NCBI GenBank assembly: GCA_009693235.1
Contig: SHXR01000009.1
Location: 2,195-66,194, forward strand
Reading direction: 5' to 3'
DNA: 64,000 nucleotides
Source of the DNA: Betaproteobacteria bacterium
GTDB lineage: Bacteria; Pseudomonadota; Gammaproteobacteria; Burkholderiales; SG8-39
A program made the position numbers and the translations under genes. Below, piece after piece: positions 1 through 9,506 of the stretch (positions are counted from its first letter, which is position 1; the number at the start of each line of letters is the position of its first letter). The notes below the pieces were generated by a model that saw only the letters and a list, made by a program, of their open reading frames with translations, had not been told where the DNA came from and made no database searches.

Positions 1-23
1 CTCGCTGATTTATAGGTGCAAAA

Positions 24-1427
24 ATGGAATTCGATATCATTGTCAGAAACGGTACCGTGGTGTTTCCTGATCGCGCGCCGGAGCGCATGGATGTCGCCAT
101 CCAGGGTGGCAAGTTCGCCGCGTTGCTCGATCCCGGCCAAGCGTGCACGGCGCGCAAGGTCATCGATGCGACCGGTCAGCATGTCTTTCCCGGTTTGATC
201 GATTGCCATCTGCATTTCGGTTTCGGCGAGAAGATCACCGAATACACGACCGAAACCGTGTACGCGGCGCAAGGCGGCATGTCCACCATCCTCGCATACT
301 TCCTGAACAACGAAGCGTATGACGCGGTGTTCACCCGTGAGATGGGTCATGCGAAGAGCCGCTGCCATGTCGATTACGGTTTTCATTTTTCCACCGCGAA
401 CGAGTTGCATCTGCAAGAACTTGGTCGGTACGTTCGCGAGTTTGGCGTCACGTCATTCAAGTACTTCATGAATTTCAAGGGCGAGGAGGGTCGCTATCTC
501 GGCCTCGATGGTACCGACGACGGCTATTTCTACGATCTGCTCGAAGCGGCCGCGAAACTTGGCAATGTGATGGTGGTCTGCCACACCGAAAACATCGAGA
601 TCGTTAATCGCACCCGGCGAAAGCTCCAGCAAGAAGGGCGTGACACCCTGCGCGACTGGTCACGCTCGAAGCCCGCCTTCACCGAAAGCGAAAATCTGCT
701 CCGTGCCGCGCACTTCGCAGAACACACCGGTGCGCACATCTATATCCCGCATGTGTCGTCTGCGCTCGCGGTTGCCGAGGCACGCAGATACCGCGAACGC
801 TACGCAAACGTTTTTCTGGAAACTTGTCCGCACTACCTGACGCATACCGAGGATGCGGACATCGGTTCGATCGGCAAAGCCAATCCACCGTTTCGCACGC
901 AAGCGGATGTCGATGCGCTATGGGCCGCGCTCGCGGATGGCACCATCGAAGTGGTCGCATCCGACCACGTGCCGCGCAAACGCGCGACGAAAGAGAAGGG
1001 CATCTGGCAGGCCTCGCAAGGATTTCCAGGTACCGCAACCATCTTGCCAGTGCTTCTTTCAGAGGGCTATCACAAGGGGCGTATCTCGCTTGCGAGGATC
1101 TGCGATGCGCTCACTGCCGCACCAGCCCGCATCTTTCATATCGCCGATCGGAAGGGCCATATCCGCACCGGTTACGACGGCGATCTCACGATCGTCGATC
1201 TCAATCTGGAAAAGGTGGCTGATCCGGCCGCGCTCGGTTCGTATTCCGATTACAGCCTTTATGAAAAGTGGCCGCTGCGTGGCTGGCCGGTGATGACGAT
1301 CGTGCGGGGCGAAGTCGTGATGGATCACGGGAAGATCGTCGGGCAGCCGGGGTACGGGAAGTATTTGGAGCGGCGGATCGATGGATCCCCCGGCGCTCCA
1401 ACTTGCTTGCCTTCTCTTATCAATTAA
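24..1427 (+). CDS. cyclic amidohydrolase, D-hydantoinase/dihydropyrimidinase family
   Basis: 467-aa ORF. It has amidohydrolase-superfamily motifs: GLIDCHLH (HxH), SFKYFMNFK, VCHTEN, IPHVSS, ASDHVP. An AGGTG RBS lies upstream of the ATG. Confidence 0.85.
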   Translation: MEFDIIVRNGTVVFPDRAPERMDVAIQGGKFAALLDPGQACTARKVIDATGQHVFPGLIDCHLHFGFGEKITEYTTETVYAAQGGMSTILAYFLNNEAYDAVFTREMGHAKSRCHVDYGFHFSTANELHLQELGRYVREFGVTSFKYFMNFKGEEGRYLGLDGTDDGYFYDLLEAAAKLGNVMVVCHTENIEIVNRTRRKLQQEGRDTLRDWSRSKPAFTESENLLRAAHFAEHTGAHIYIPHVSSALAVAEARRYRERYANVFLETCPHYLTHTEDADIGSIGKANPPFRTQADVDALWAALADGTIEVVASDHVPRKRATKEKGIWQASQGFPGTATILPVLLSEGYHKGRISLARICDALTAAPARIFHIADRKGHIRTGYDGDLTIVDLNLEKVADPAALGSYSDYSLYEKWPLRGWPVMTIVRGEVVMDHGKIVGQPGYGKYLERRIDGSPGAPTCLPSLIN

Positions 1428-1530
1428 CCCCTTTTCCTAGCCCCGCCCATTCCTTTTCCTTCGGTATAAATTTCTGGACCTTGCCGGTAGATGTTTTGGG
1501 TAGATCACGGAAATTCACAGCCGCTGGGCA
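1420..1530 (-). pseudogene. 3' fragment of an acyl-CoA ligase (AMP-binding enzyme) gene, separated from its upstream part by the IS66 insertion
   Basis: The minus-strand frame reads AAVNFRDLPKTSTGKVQKFIPKE...GVN*, the conserved C-terminal PKTxxGKIxK motif region of adenylate-forming enzymes. It continues the frame from 3972 once the IS is removed. Confidence 0.7.
1523..1530. repeat. left copy of the 8-bp target-site duplication of IS66 (GCTGGGCA)
   Basis: Matches TCTGGGCA at 3972-3979 in 7 of 8 positions. It directly abuts the terminal inverted repeat. Confidence 0.8.
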
Positions 1531-1617
1531 GTAACCGGTAACTGCGCGGCGTTCTTCCCGACGGCCTGAATCGTCGGAACAATGCGCTCCTCGCTGATTG
1601 ACCATTGAGGAGAGCAA

Positions 1618-1953
1618 ATGAAGCGCATCGAATCGCCGTACACAGGCCCCGAGGCGCAAGCGCGGTGGCGCGCATTGGCGAGGGCCTTTGAAACCAGCGC
1701 GCTGAGCATGCCGGCGTTTTGCCAACGCGAAGGCATTGCCGAGTCGACCTTCTACGCGTGGCGGGCACGCTTGCGTGGTGGTCGGCGTCGGATCAGACCG
1801 ACGGTGCCGAAGGCCACGCGCGGCTTTATCGAGCTTGGTGGGATCGGCGCGAGCGACATATCTACGTTGGCATCGCCTTCTGACACCGGTTCGTCCCTGG
1901 AAATCAAGCTGGAGCTGGGCGCCGGGGTGGTCCTGCACCTGCGGTGGCGCTGA
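1618..1953 (+). CDS. tnpA: IS66 accessory protein TnpA (orf1)
   Basis: 111-aa ORF containing FCQREGIAESTFYAWRARL, a helix-turn-helix-type segment typical of IS66 orf1. Its stop overlaps the tnpB start (TGATG). Confidence 0.8.
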   Translation: MKRIESPYTGPEAQARWRALARAFETSALSMPAFCQREGIAESTFYAWRARLRGGRRRIRPTVPKATRGFIELGGIGASDISTLASPSDTGSSLEIKLELGAGVVLHLRWR

Positions 1954-2300
1954 TGTTCTTCCCCGAAGGCCAGGTACAGGTGTTCTTGTACGCAAGTCCC
2001 GTCGACATGCGCCGCTCGTTCGATGGCCTCTACGCGCTCACCCGCCACCACATGAACCGGGATCCGTTGAGCGGGCATTTGTTTGGCTTCTTCAATCGGC
2101 GAGTGACCATGATCAAAGTGCTGTACTTCGATCGCACCGGGTTCTGCGTGTGGGCCAAGCGTCTGGAGCGGGGCCGCTTCGTCTTCGACTGGAACAAGCT
2201 GGTCGGCCAGACTGACTACACCGGGCTCAAGATGCTGCTGGAAGGCATCGAGCCCAGGCGTATCAGGAAGCGCTACCAACACCGGTCTGGCGCGCAATGA
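1953..2300 (+). CDS. tnpB: IS66 accessory protein TnpB (orf2)
   Basis: Contains VDMRRSFDGLYAL...DPLSGHLFGFFNRR...IKVLYFDRTGFCVWAKRLERGRF, a signature conserved in IS66 Orf2 proteins. Confidence 0.85.
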   Translation: MFFPEGQVQVFLYASPVDMRRSFDGLYALTRHHMNRDPLSGHLFGFFNRRVTMIKVLYFDRTGFCVWAKRLERGRFVFDWNKLVGQTDYTGLKMLLEGIEPRRIRKRYQHRSGAQ

Positions 2301-2362
2301 TGTCGGCAATAAATACAACAAAACTGGCACCTACTACAGAAACGTTAGGATATAATTTCCTC

Positions 2363-3933
2363 ATGCCATTCACGACCCCCGCGATCATCCCATCTGTCGA
2401 TTCAATGCAGGCCGCGCTCGCCGACAACGCCAAGCTGCGCGCCCAGGTGAACGCGTTGCAGCGCCGTATCGAGTGGTTCGAGCGCCAGATCTTCGGCCAA
2501 AAAAGCGAGCGCCGTATTGTCGATACCGACGCCCAGGTGCAGTTGGGTCTAGAGGAGCCCGCCGCCAACAGTGCGGACAAAGCCCCCGCCCCAAAGCGCA
2601 CACCATCGCCGCCCATACCCGGCGCGTGCCGCTGCAAGCGGGCGCCGGTGAGGACGAAGCGGGGCTGTTCTTCGATGCCGCGCGCGTGCCGGTGCAAACC
2701 ATCCATCTGTCTGCCCCGGAAGCGGCAGGCTTGAGGGCGGACCAGTACGAGATCTTCGGGGAGAAGCTCACCCACCATCTGGCGCAGCGTCCGGGCAGCT
2801 ACGTGGTGCTCAAGTGTGTACGCCCGCTCATCAAGCTCAAAGCCGAGCAGCGCCTGGTGTGCGCCCCGGCGCCGGTGAATGTGCTGGAGGGCTCGCGCGC
2901 CGATGTGAGTTTCCTGGCCGGCATGCTGGTCGACAAGTTCGCCTATCACCTGCCCTTGTACCGCCAGCACCAGCGGCTGGAGCAAAGCGGGATTACCGTA
3001 AGCCGGCCCTGGTTGACGCAGTGCACGCACGATGCGGCGCGGCTGCTTGAGCCGATCCACGCGGCGCAACTCGAATCGATCCGCGCCTCGCGGGTGAAGA
3101 CGATGGACGAGACGCCGATCAAGGCGGCGCGCGCGGGCCCAGGCAAAATGCATACGGGATACTTCTGACCGGTGTATGGCGAACAGGACGAGGTGAGTTT
3201 CCTCTACTGCAACTCGCGCGAGACGCGGCACGTGTTCGAGCAACTGGGAATGTCCCTGCAACAGGGCGCGGTGTTGCTGACCGATGGCTACGCCGCCTAC
3301 GCCCGCTATGCCACCAAGACCGGGATCAGCCACGCGCAATGCTGGGCCCACACCCGCCGCGGCCTATTCGAGGCGAAGGACATCGAGCCCGAACGGGCCG
3401 CACTCAGCCTTGCCTGGATCGGCAAGCTCTATGCGTTGGAAGAAAAGGTCCGTGAACGACACCTGAGTGGCTCGGCCAAGCGCGACTATCGTCAACAGCA
3501 CGCTAAACCCGCTGTCGATGACTTCTTCGCCTGGGTGAACGCGCAGTTCGAGGCCCAAGGGCTCTTACCGAGCAACCCGTTGATCAAAGCGCTGACATAC
3601 ACACGGGAACGGGAGGCCGGATTACGCATCTACCTCGACGACCCCGATGTGCCGATCGACACCAATCATCTGGGGCGCGCGTTGCGGCCCATTCCGATGG
3701 GCAGGCGTAATTGGTTGTTCTGTTGGACGGAGCTGGGCGCCAAGTTCGTGGGTATCGTGCAAAGCCTCATCGTCACTTGCAACATCCATGAGATCGATCC
3801 GCACACCTATCTCGTCGATGTACTGCAACGGGTCGGCCAACATCCGGCTGCCTTGGTCCAGCAGCTCACGTCACGGTTGTGGAAGCAGCACTTCGCCGCC
3901 GCGCCGCTTCGCTCCAGGCTCGACATCCACTGA
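2363..3933 (+). pseudogene. tnpC: IS66 transposase TnpC, disrupted by one frameshift (near 2590) and one in-frame TGA (3166-3168)
   Basis: Three ORF pieces cover it: 2297..2734 in frame 2, then 2473..3168 and 3172..3933 in frame 1. Motifs include FGQKSER, DKFAYHLPLYRQ, MDETPIKA, GYF*PVYGE and RNWLFCWTE. The stop replaces the expected Trp. Confidence 0.85.
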
Positions 3934-3971
3934 CTGCCAGAACGCAAGGACGCCGGTCAGTTACCGGTTAC

Positions 3972-3979
3972 TCTGGGCA
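3972..3979. repeat. right copy of the IS66 target-site duplication (TCTGGGCA)
   Basis: See 1523-1530. Confidence 0.8.
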
Positions 3980-4163
3980 TTTGAAGTGTGCAATGCGATC
4001 GCGACAGAATCCGATGATGTCCTCTCCCGTCGCCGCCTGGCCTACCTTGAGGGTGACGAACGCCTTCGGGCGCTCGCCCCATTTCGGATCAGGCATCGCG
4101 ATGACCGCGCACTCCAGCACGGACATGTCGTGATGGCATGCGGCGGAGGTTAGAAGCCGGCCC
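3972..4163 (-). pseudogene. internal/C-terminal fragment of an acyl-CoA ligase gene; the N-terminal roughly 85 percent of the gene is missing
   Basis: The frame reads ...HHDMSVLECAVIAMPDPKWGERPKAFVTLKVGQAATGEDIIGFCRDRIAHFKCP, typical of the AMP-binding C-terminal domain. No upstream ligase sequence is present; a truncated tctC abuts instead. Confidence 0.65.
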
Positions 4164-4442
4164 TTAGCCGTCGGGGATTGCCGCGGCAAGGGCGTCAATC
4201 GCGATGTTGCCGGCTGCGCCTGGACGATTCTCGACGACGACCTGTTGTCCGATCGCATCCGGGAGCTTGGCAGCAAGCAAACGTGCCGTGATGTCAGTGG
4301 CACCGCCCGGGCCATAGGGAACGAGGATGCGGATCGGGCGAACCGGATAACTATCCGCCGATTGCGTGTAACCCGCGATCGGTATCAGCGCAAGGACCAA
4401 CGCGACCAGCTGTCCGGCCTGTCTCCAAACATGGCTTCGCAT
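4164..4442 (-). pseudogene. truncated Bug/TctC-family receptor gene (first 92 codons only)
   Basis: Has a GGAGAG RBS, a signal peptide, then PIRILVPYGPGGATDITARLLA...VVVENRPGAAGNIA...IPDG followed by a stop. Full-length paralogs continue for about 230 more residues. Confidence 0.7.
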
Positions 4443-4642
4443 GATGTTCTCTCCTCTTCCGTGACCGTTCGATGCACCGACTCGGCGGACCGGCTCTGAC
4501 CTGCACAGGCAGTCCGTCATTCGCACCATAGCACCGGTTCGCAATGCTTTGCGGCGCGTCCAATTTGCGGTCCTCATGCCGTGCGGATTTCTCTGAGGTA
4601 TTCTTCGCTGATCCCCTGGATTCAACCGCAAAGGAAGCTTGC

Positions 4643-6733
4643 ATGGCATTGCCCAACGCGCGCCCGACTGGTACGGCGCGTATCGCCGCTGACGTTGGCG
4701 GCACATTCACCGATATCGCTATTTTTGATGAGCGCACGGGGTCGATTCGGCTTGGCAAGGCGCTCACGACGCCCGATCATCTCGTCGATGGCATCAACGA
4801 TGGTGTGGCGAAATCGCTTGCCACCTTTGCCGAAGCGAATTTATTCTTGCATGGGACGACCGTAGCCATCAACACGCTTCTTGAGCGCACCGGTGCCAGG
4901 ACCGCGCTCGTTACCACCAAAGGCTTTCGCGATATCTATGAAATCGGCCGGGTGAACCGCCCAGAGGCGTACAACCTTTATTTCAAGAAGCACAAACCCT
5001 TGGTCGAACGTGCCCTTCGGTTTGAGGTCAACGAGCGCATGATGAGCTCGGGCGAAGTGCGCTTCGCTTTGCATGAAGAAGAACTTGAACGCGTGGCAAA
5101 GTTGCTCGACGAGGAGCGTATCGAGGCCTTGGCGATCCTCTTTCTGCACAGTTATCGCAACCCAAGCCATGAGATCGCGGCGAAGCAATTCTTCGAGAAA
5201 CGCTTACCAGGGGTCTACATCACTGCTTCCCACGAACTGTCGCAGGAGTATCGCGAATTTGAGCGCACCTCCACCGTCGCGGCCAACGCCTATATTGGGC
5301 CGCGCGTACGGACTTATCTCGGTGAGATCGTCACGCATCTTAAGACGCAGCAATTCGGTGGCAGCTTTCTCATCGTGCAATCGACGGGCGGCCTCTACGA
5401 CGCCGATCGGGCGCAAGCCGAATGCATTCGGATGCTGGAATCGGGTCCGGCGGCCGGTGTCATCGCGACGCAGTCGTTATGTCGCGAAGTCGGTTGGCCG
5501 AAAGCAATCGCGTTCGACATGGGCGGGACCACGGCGAAGTCAGGCGTGATTCTCGAAGGCGAAGTCTTGATGACTTCCAGCTCGATGATCGGCGGCTATG
5601 CAGAAGGTCTGCCGGTGCAGATCCCGATGATCGACATCCAAGAAGTCGGCACCGGCGGCGGCAGTATCGCGAGGCTTGGGCCTGCGCGGTCGTTGCGCGT
5701 CGGGCCGCAAAGCGCGGGGGCGAGTCCGGGGCCGGTCTGCTATACACTGGGCGGTACCGAGCCCACGGTTACCGATGCGAATCTTGTCCTTGGTCGGCTG
5801 AACGCGAACCGCTTCCTCGGTGGCGATATGAAGCTCGACCTGGAGGCTGCGCGCGAGGCGTTGCGGACAAAAATCGCCGAGCCTTTGGGGCTTTCGATCG
5901 AACGGGCGGCAGACGGCATTATCCGCATCGCGGCCGCGTCGATGTCGAACGTCGTAAAGCGCGTGACGACCGAGCGCGGCCTCGATGCGCGCGACTTTCC
6001 GATGGTGGCGTTTGGCGGTGCCGGGCCGTTGCATGCGGTGCTGGTGGCGCGCGATCTGCAGATCGGCAAGGTCATCATTCCCAACGCACCGGGTCACTTT
6101 TCTGCATACGGGATGCTGGTCGCGGATCTGCGCCGGGATTACGTGAAGACGCTCTTCACGCCGCTTGCCAATCTTGATTTCGATAAGCTCGAAACGCAAT
6201 TTGTGGCGATGGAAACCGAAGGGGAACGCGATGTGCTCGCCGCTTCGAACAGCATTGGTGCGGTGGTGGTGAGTCGTGGGCTTGATATGCGCTATGTGGG
6301 TCAGGAGCACGCGGTGACGGTCGACATTCCGGTCGCCGCATTCAAGGCCAAAGACATGGCGGAGGTGAAGCGTCGCTTCGATGCGGTGCATACTGTGCGT
6401 TACGGGTATTGCTCCGAGAAGGAATTGGCTGAAATCGTGAGCATCCGAACTTCCGTGGCCGGCGCCATGCCAAAGCCCGCGCTGAGTAAAATCGCAACCG
6501 GTAGTGCTGCGCCTCCTGCTGAGGCGAGTAACGGCATTCGCAAGGTGTATTTTTCCGCGGCCGGCGGGTGGGTCGACACGCACACCTTTCAGCGTGAGCA
6601 CTTGCGTGCGGGCAATGTCATCATCGGTCCGGCGCTCATCGAAGAGTACGCCTCGACCACGGTGATGTTGCCGGGCGACAAACTTTCGGTCGATGCACTT
6701 GGCAATTTGAGCATTGAGGTTGCGAATGGCTAA
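4643..6733 (+). CDS. hyuA: hydantoinase/oxoprolinase family protein, A subunit (N-methylhydantoinase A-like, ATP-dependent)
   Basis: N-terminal [17 protein letters not shown], then [27 protein letters not shown] and [11 protein letters not shown]. An AAGGAAG RBS lies upstream of ATG 4643. Confidence 0.9.
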   Translation: MALPNARPTGTARIAADVGGTFTDIAIFDERTGSIRLGKALTTPDHLVDGINDGVAKSLATFAEANLFLHGTTVAINTLLERTGARTALVTTKGFRDIYEIGRVNRPEAYNLYFKKHKPLVERALRFEVNERMMSSGEVRFALHEEELERVAKLLDEERIEALAILFLHSYRNPSHEIAAKQFFEKRLPGVYITASHELSQEYREFERTSTVAANAYIGPRVRTYLGEIVTHLKTQQFGGSFLIVQSTGGLYDADRAQAECIRMLESGPAAGVIATQSLCREVGWPKAIAFDMGGTTAKSGVILEGEVLMTSSSMIGGYAEGLPVQIPMIDIQEVGTGGGSIARLGPARSLRVGPQSAGASPGPVCYTLGGTEPTVTDANLVLGRLNANRFLGGDMKLDLEAAREALRTKIAEPLGLSIERAADGIIRIAAASMSNVVKRVTTERGLDARDFPMVAFGGAGPLHAVLVARDLQIGKVIIPNAPGHFSAYGMLVADLRRDYVKTLFTPLANLDFDKLETQFVAMETEGERDVLAASNSIGAVVVSRGLDMRYVGQEHAVTVDIPVAAFKAKDMAEVKRRFDAVHTVRYGYCSEKELAEIVSIRTSVAGAMPKPALSKIATGSAAPPAEASNGIRKVYFSAAGGWVDTHTFQREHLRAGNVIIGPALIEEYASTTVMLPGDKLSVDALGNLSIEVANG

Positions 6734-8621
6734 TACCAAAATGGATCCGGTACTGACAGAAATCGTGCGCAACGGCTTAGTGGCGGCATCGGAGGAAATG
6801 AAGTCCAACCTCATGCGCACTGCCTACAACATGATCATCTACGAGGCACTCGATTTCACCGTCGGGCTCTTCGACAAAGAAGGCAATACGGTGTCGATCG
6901 GTATCGGCCTGCCGACCTTCATCCGCGGCATGAGCAATACGGTAAAGCGCATGATTGCGCATTACGGTTTGGACGCCATGGACGACGGTGATGTGCTCCT
7001 CACCAACGACGCCTATATCACCGGCAGCCACTTGAATCACATGACGTTCTGTGTGCCGGTGTTCTGGCAAGGCGAGATCGTCGCGTTTGCCGCCTGCATG
7101 GCGCACTGGATCGACATCGGTGGCACCTTGGATGGCATGACCCTCGATATCTATTCCGAAGGGTTGCAGATGCCGATCGTGAAGGCCTGGGCCAAAGGTG
7201 TGCAAAACGATGATGTGTTTCGCATCATCGAGATGAATGTGCGCATTCCGGAGCGCGCGATGGGTGACCTGCGTGCCCAAATCGCGGCGGTGAAAACCGG
7301 CGAGCGGCGCATGCTGGAAATGCTCACCAAATACGGGCGTGACGGCGTGCTGGGTGCGATCGAAGCGATTTACGACCAAAGCGAAGCGATCGTGCGGGAG
7401 CAGATTCGCGCGATTCCGGATGGCGTGTATGAAGCCGAATCGTTCATGGACGATGACGGGGTCGATCACGGCAAACGGATCACGATCGGCGTGAAGGTCA
7501 CCGTCAAGGGTGACACGATGGAAGTCGATCTCACCAATGTCAGCGATCAGGTGAAAGGCTTTTTCAATTCCGGTCGAGCGGCTGGTATTTCGGCGGCACA
7601 GGTGGCGCTCAAATGCCTGACCGCCGCGCTCGATATGCCGATCAACGACGGTTGCTTTCGGCCGCTGACGGTGATTCTCCCGGAGGGCAAGGTTGTCAAC
7701 GCGACACGTCCCGCGCCGATGCGCATGTGGATGACCTTCCCGATGACGGTGATCGATACGATCTTCAAGTCCTTGGCGCCCGCGATTCCTGGGAAGGTGA
7801 TCGCGGGTCATCATGCCGATCTGGTCGTGGCGAATATTCACGGCCGTTCACCGCAGACGAAGAAGCTGTTTCTCTATCTGGGTGGGTTGATCGGTGGCGG
7901 CTGGGGCGCCAAGCAGACCGAAGATGGCATGTGCGCAACGATTGCGATCAATGATGGCGATACGCACAATGGACCCTCCGAACAAGTTGAAGCGAAATAT
8001 CCGTTGATCGTCGAGAAGTACGGCTTGCGCGAGAATTCAGGTGGTGCGGGCAAGCAGCGCGGTGGCTTGGGCACCGAGCAGATCGTGCATTTGCAAACCG
8101 ATATGATGTTCAACACGCAGATCGAACGCGTAGAGAGCCGGCCGTGGGGATTGTTCGGCGGGTTGTCGGCCTATGGCAATCAGGTCGCGATTCATCGTCA
8201 GGGCAAGGATGAGACGGTCTTCACGACGGGGAAAGTGTTCTCGCAACTACTGAAGAGCGGCGATCGCTATACGTTGCGCTCAGGTGGCGGCGGCGGATTC
8301 GGCAGTCCACTCGATCGCAAGCGATCGGACGTAGAAGACGACGTGCGGCAAGGCTATGTATCGATCCCGATGGCAAAGGAGCACTATGGCGTCGTGATCG
8401 ATCGGGCTACGATGAAAGCCGATGTAGCGGCGACCGAGGCATTGCGCGCGGAAATGCGGGCGCTCGGGCTGCCGAAAGATATACCTTTGACGAGCATGGC
8501 AATATCGCAGACGGCGCCACGCTTCAAGCTGGTGCAAGGCGGTGTCATGAGCCGGCATGCGCGTGCCTGGCATGATGAAGCGCAGGCAGACGGATTAATT
8601 TGGATGCGTTGTTGCAGCTAA
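6726..8621 (+). CDS. hyuB: hydantoinase B/oxoprolinase family protein, B subunit
   Basis: Contains DPVLTEIVRNG...MRTAYNMIIYEALDFTVGLF...TNDAYITGSHLNH...RIPERAMGDLRAQ...GGGGFG. Its start overlaps the hyuA stop (ATGGCTAA). Confidence 0.9.
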   Translation: MANTKMDPVLTEIVRNGLVAASEEMKSNLMRTAYNMIIYEALDFTVGLFDKEGNTVSIGIGLPTFIRGMSNTVKRMIAHYGLDAMDDGDVLLTNDAYITGSHLNHMTFCVPVFWQGEIVAFAACMAHWIDIGGTLDGMTLDIYSEGLQMPIVKAWAKGVQNDDVFRIIEMNVRIPERAMGDLRAQIAAVKTGERRMLEMLTKYGRDGVLGAIEAIYDQSEAIVREQIRAIPDGVYEAESFMDDDGVDHGKRITIGVKVTVKGDTMEVDLTNVSDQVKGFFNSGRAAGISAAQVALKCLTAALDMPINDGCFRPLTVILPEGKVVNATRPAPMRMWMTFPMTVIDTIFKSLAPAIPGKVIAGHHADLVVANIHGRSPQTKKLFLYLGGLIGGGWGAKQTEDGMCATIAINDGDTHNGPSEQVEAKYPLIVEKYGLRENSGGAGKQRGGLGTEQIVHLQTDMMFNTQIERVESRPWGLFGGLSAYGNQVAIHRQGKDETVFTTGKVFSQLLKSGDRYTLRSGGGGGFGSPLDRKRSDVEDDVRQGYVSIPMAKEHYGVVIDRATMKADVAATEALRAEMRALGLPKDIPLTSMAISQTAPRFKLVQGGVMSRHARAWHDEAQADGLIWMRCCS

Positions 8622-8633
8622 CAGGAGAAACGT

Positions 8634-9506
8634 ATGGGCAAGTATGAAGTCGATATCGAAGAAATAGAGTACCTCAACCACAACGGCAAGCCACTTGTTG
8701 CGCGCGTCTTCAAACCTCGCGGTAAGGGCCCATTCCCGGCGGTGATCGATGCGCATGGCGGTGCCTGGTGCGAGGGCACGCGAATGAATAATGAGACGAT
8801 CAACCGTCCGGTCGCAGAAGGCGGCGTTGTTGTGGCCGCGCTCGATTTCCGCAATCCGCCGGATGCAACCTATCCAGGCTCGGTGGCCGATATCAATTAC
8901 GGCGTGCGTTGGTTGAAATCGCAGGCAACGCGTTTCAATTCCCGTGCCGACATGGTGGGGAGCATGGGTACCTCCAGCGGTGGGCATCTGGTCGTGCTCG
9001 CGGCGATGAAACCGAACGATCCGCGCTACGCGGCGATACCGATGCCAAGCGCTCCGAACCTCGATGCACGCGTGCCCTTCGTGGTCACGCTATGGCCGGT
9101 AATCTGCCCGATTGGTCGCTATCGCACGCATGTGAAATTCCCGGTCAGCGATCCTGCGTACAAGAACGTGGGTGGGCCGGCTGTACGCCAAGTGTCCTAT
9201 TGGCTCACCGAGGCCGCGATGATCGAGGGCAGCGCCAACCTGATTTTGCAGCGTGGCGAGAAGGTCGATCTGCCTAACATTCTGTATACCCAGAATCCTG
9301 AGGATGCCTTGCATCCGGGCCAATACATGGAGGAGTTTGTCGCGGGCTACCGCAAGGCGGGCGGCAAGCTGCAATTAGAACTCTTCGAAGGGCAGCCGTA
9401 CGATCTGGTCCGCAGCAAACCCGAATCGGAAACCGCCAAGCAGGTGATTGCCAAGATCATCGCCTACATTCACCAGCAGACTGAAAAACAGGCGAAGGCG
9501 GCGTAG
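8634..9506 (+). CDS. alpha/beta hydrolase (esterase/lipase fold-3 type)
   Basis: Has an HGGAW oxyanion-type motif, a GTSSGGH nucleophile elbow (GxSxG) and a strong AGGAGA RBS. Confidence 0.8.
   Translation: MGKYEVDIEEIEYLNHNGKPLVARVFKPRGKGPFPAVIDAHGGAWCEGTRMNNETINRPVAEGGVVVAALDFRNPPDATYPGSVADINYGVRWLKSQATRFNSRADMVGSMGTSSGGHLVVLAAMKPNDPRYAAIPMPSAPNLDARVPFVVTLWPVICPIGRYRTHVKFPVSDPAYKNVGGPAVRQVSYWLTEAAMIEGSANLILQRGEKVDLPNILYTQNPEDALHPGQYMEEFVAGYRKAGGKLQLELFEGQPYDLVRSKPESETAKQVIAKIIAYIHQQTEKQAKAA

Larger units (their letters stand above)
1531..3971 (+). mobile_element. IS66-family insertion sequence (2441 bp), tnpA-tnpB-tnpC organisation, transposase gene inactivated
   Basis: Terminal inverted repeats GTAACCGGTAACTG... 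lie at 1531-1556 and, as reverse complement, at 3946-3971. The element is flanked by an 8-bp direct repeat and has the three-ORF IS66 layout. Confidence 0.9.

Noticed and set aside
2590-2649. Possible programmed -1 frameshift in IS66 tnpC: an in-phase slippery heptamer C-CCA-AAG (2590-2596) followed by an 11-bp hairpin (2620-2649)
   Set aside because: A -1 slip there would join the two frames correctly. However, IS66 TnpC is normally a single ORF. The hairpin starts about 22 nt after the heptamer, too far for a typical stimulator. The same gene also carries a TGA nonsense codon. A simple indel in a decaying copy is more economical.
3166-3168. In-frame TGA in tnpC as a recoded (Trp or Sec) codon
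   Set aside because: Many genes in the window terminate at TGA (coxM-like, lon, hydrolases), so TGA is a normal stop here. The position corresponds to a conserved Trp (a single TGG to TGA change), not to a redox Cys, and I found no hairpin directly downstream.
2263-3351. Long antisense ORFs opposite well-supported genes (2263..3351, 5540..6820, 6777..7841, 10948..11652, 12421..13200, 18911..19825, 25070..26008, 28164..28970, 34803..35750, 36910..37713, 52454..53245)
   Set aside because: Their translations are Arg/Pro/Gly/His-rich low-complexity strings without motifs. The opposite-strand or alternative-frame gene has clear family signatures in each case. This is typical stop-codon depletion in high-GC DNA.
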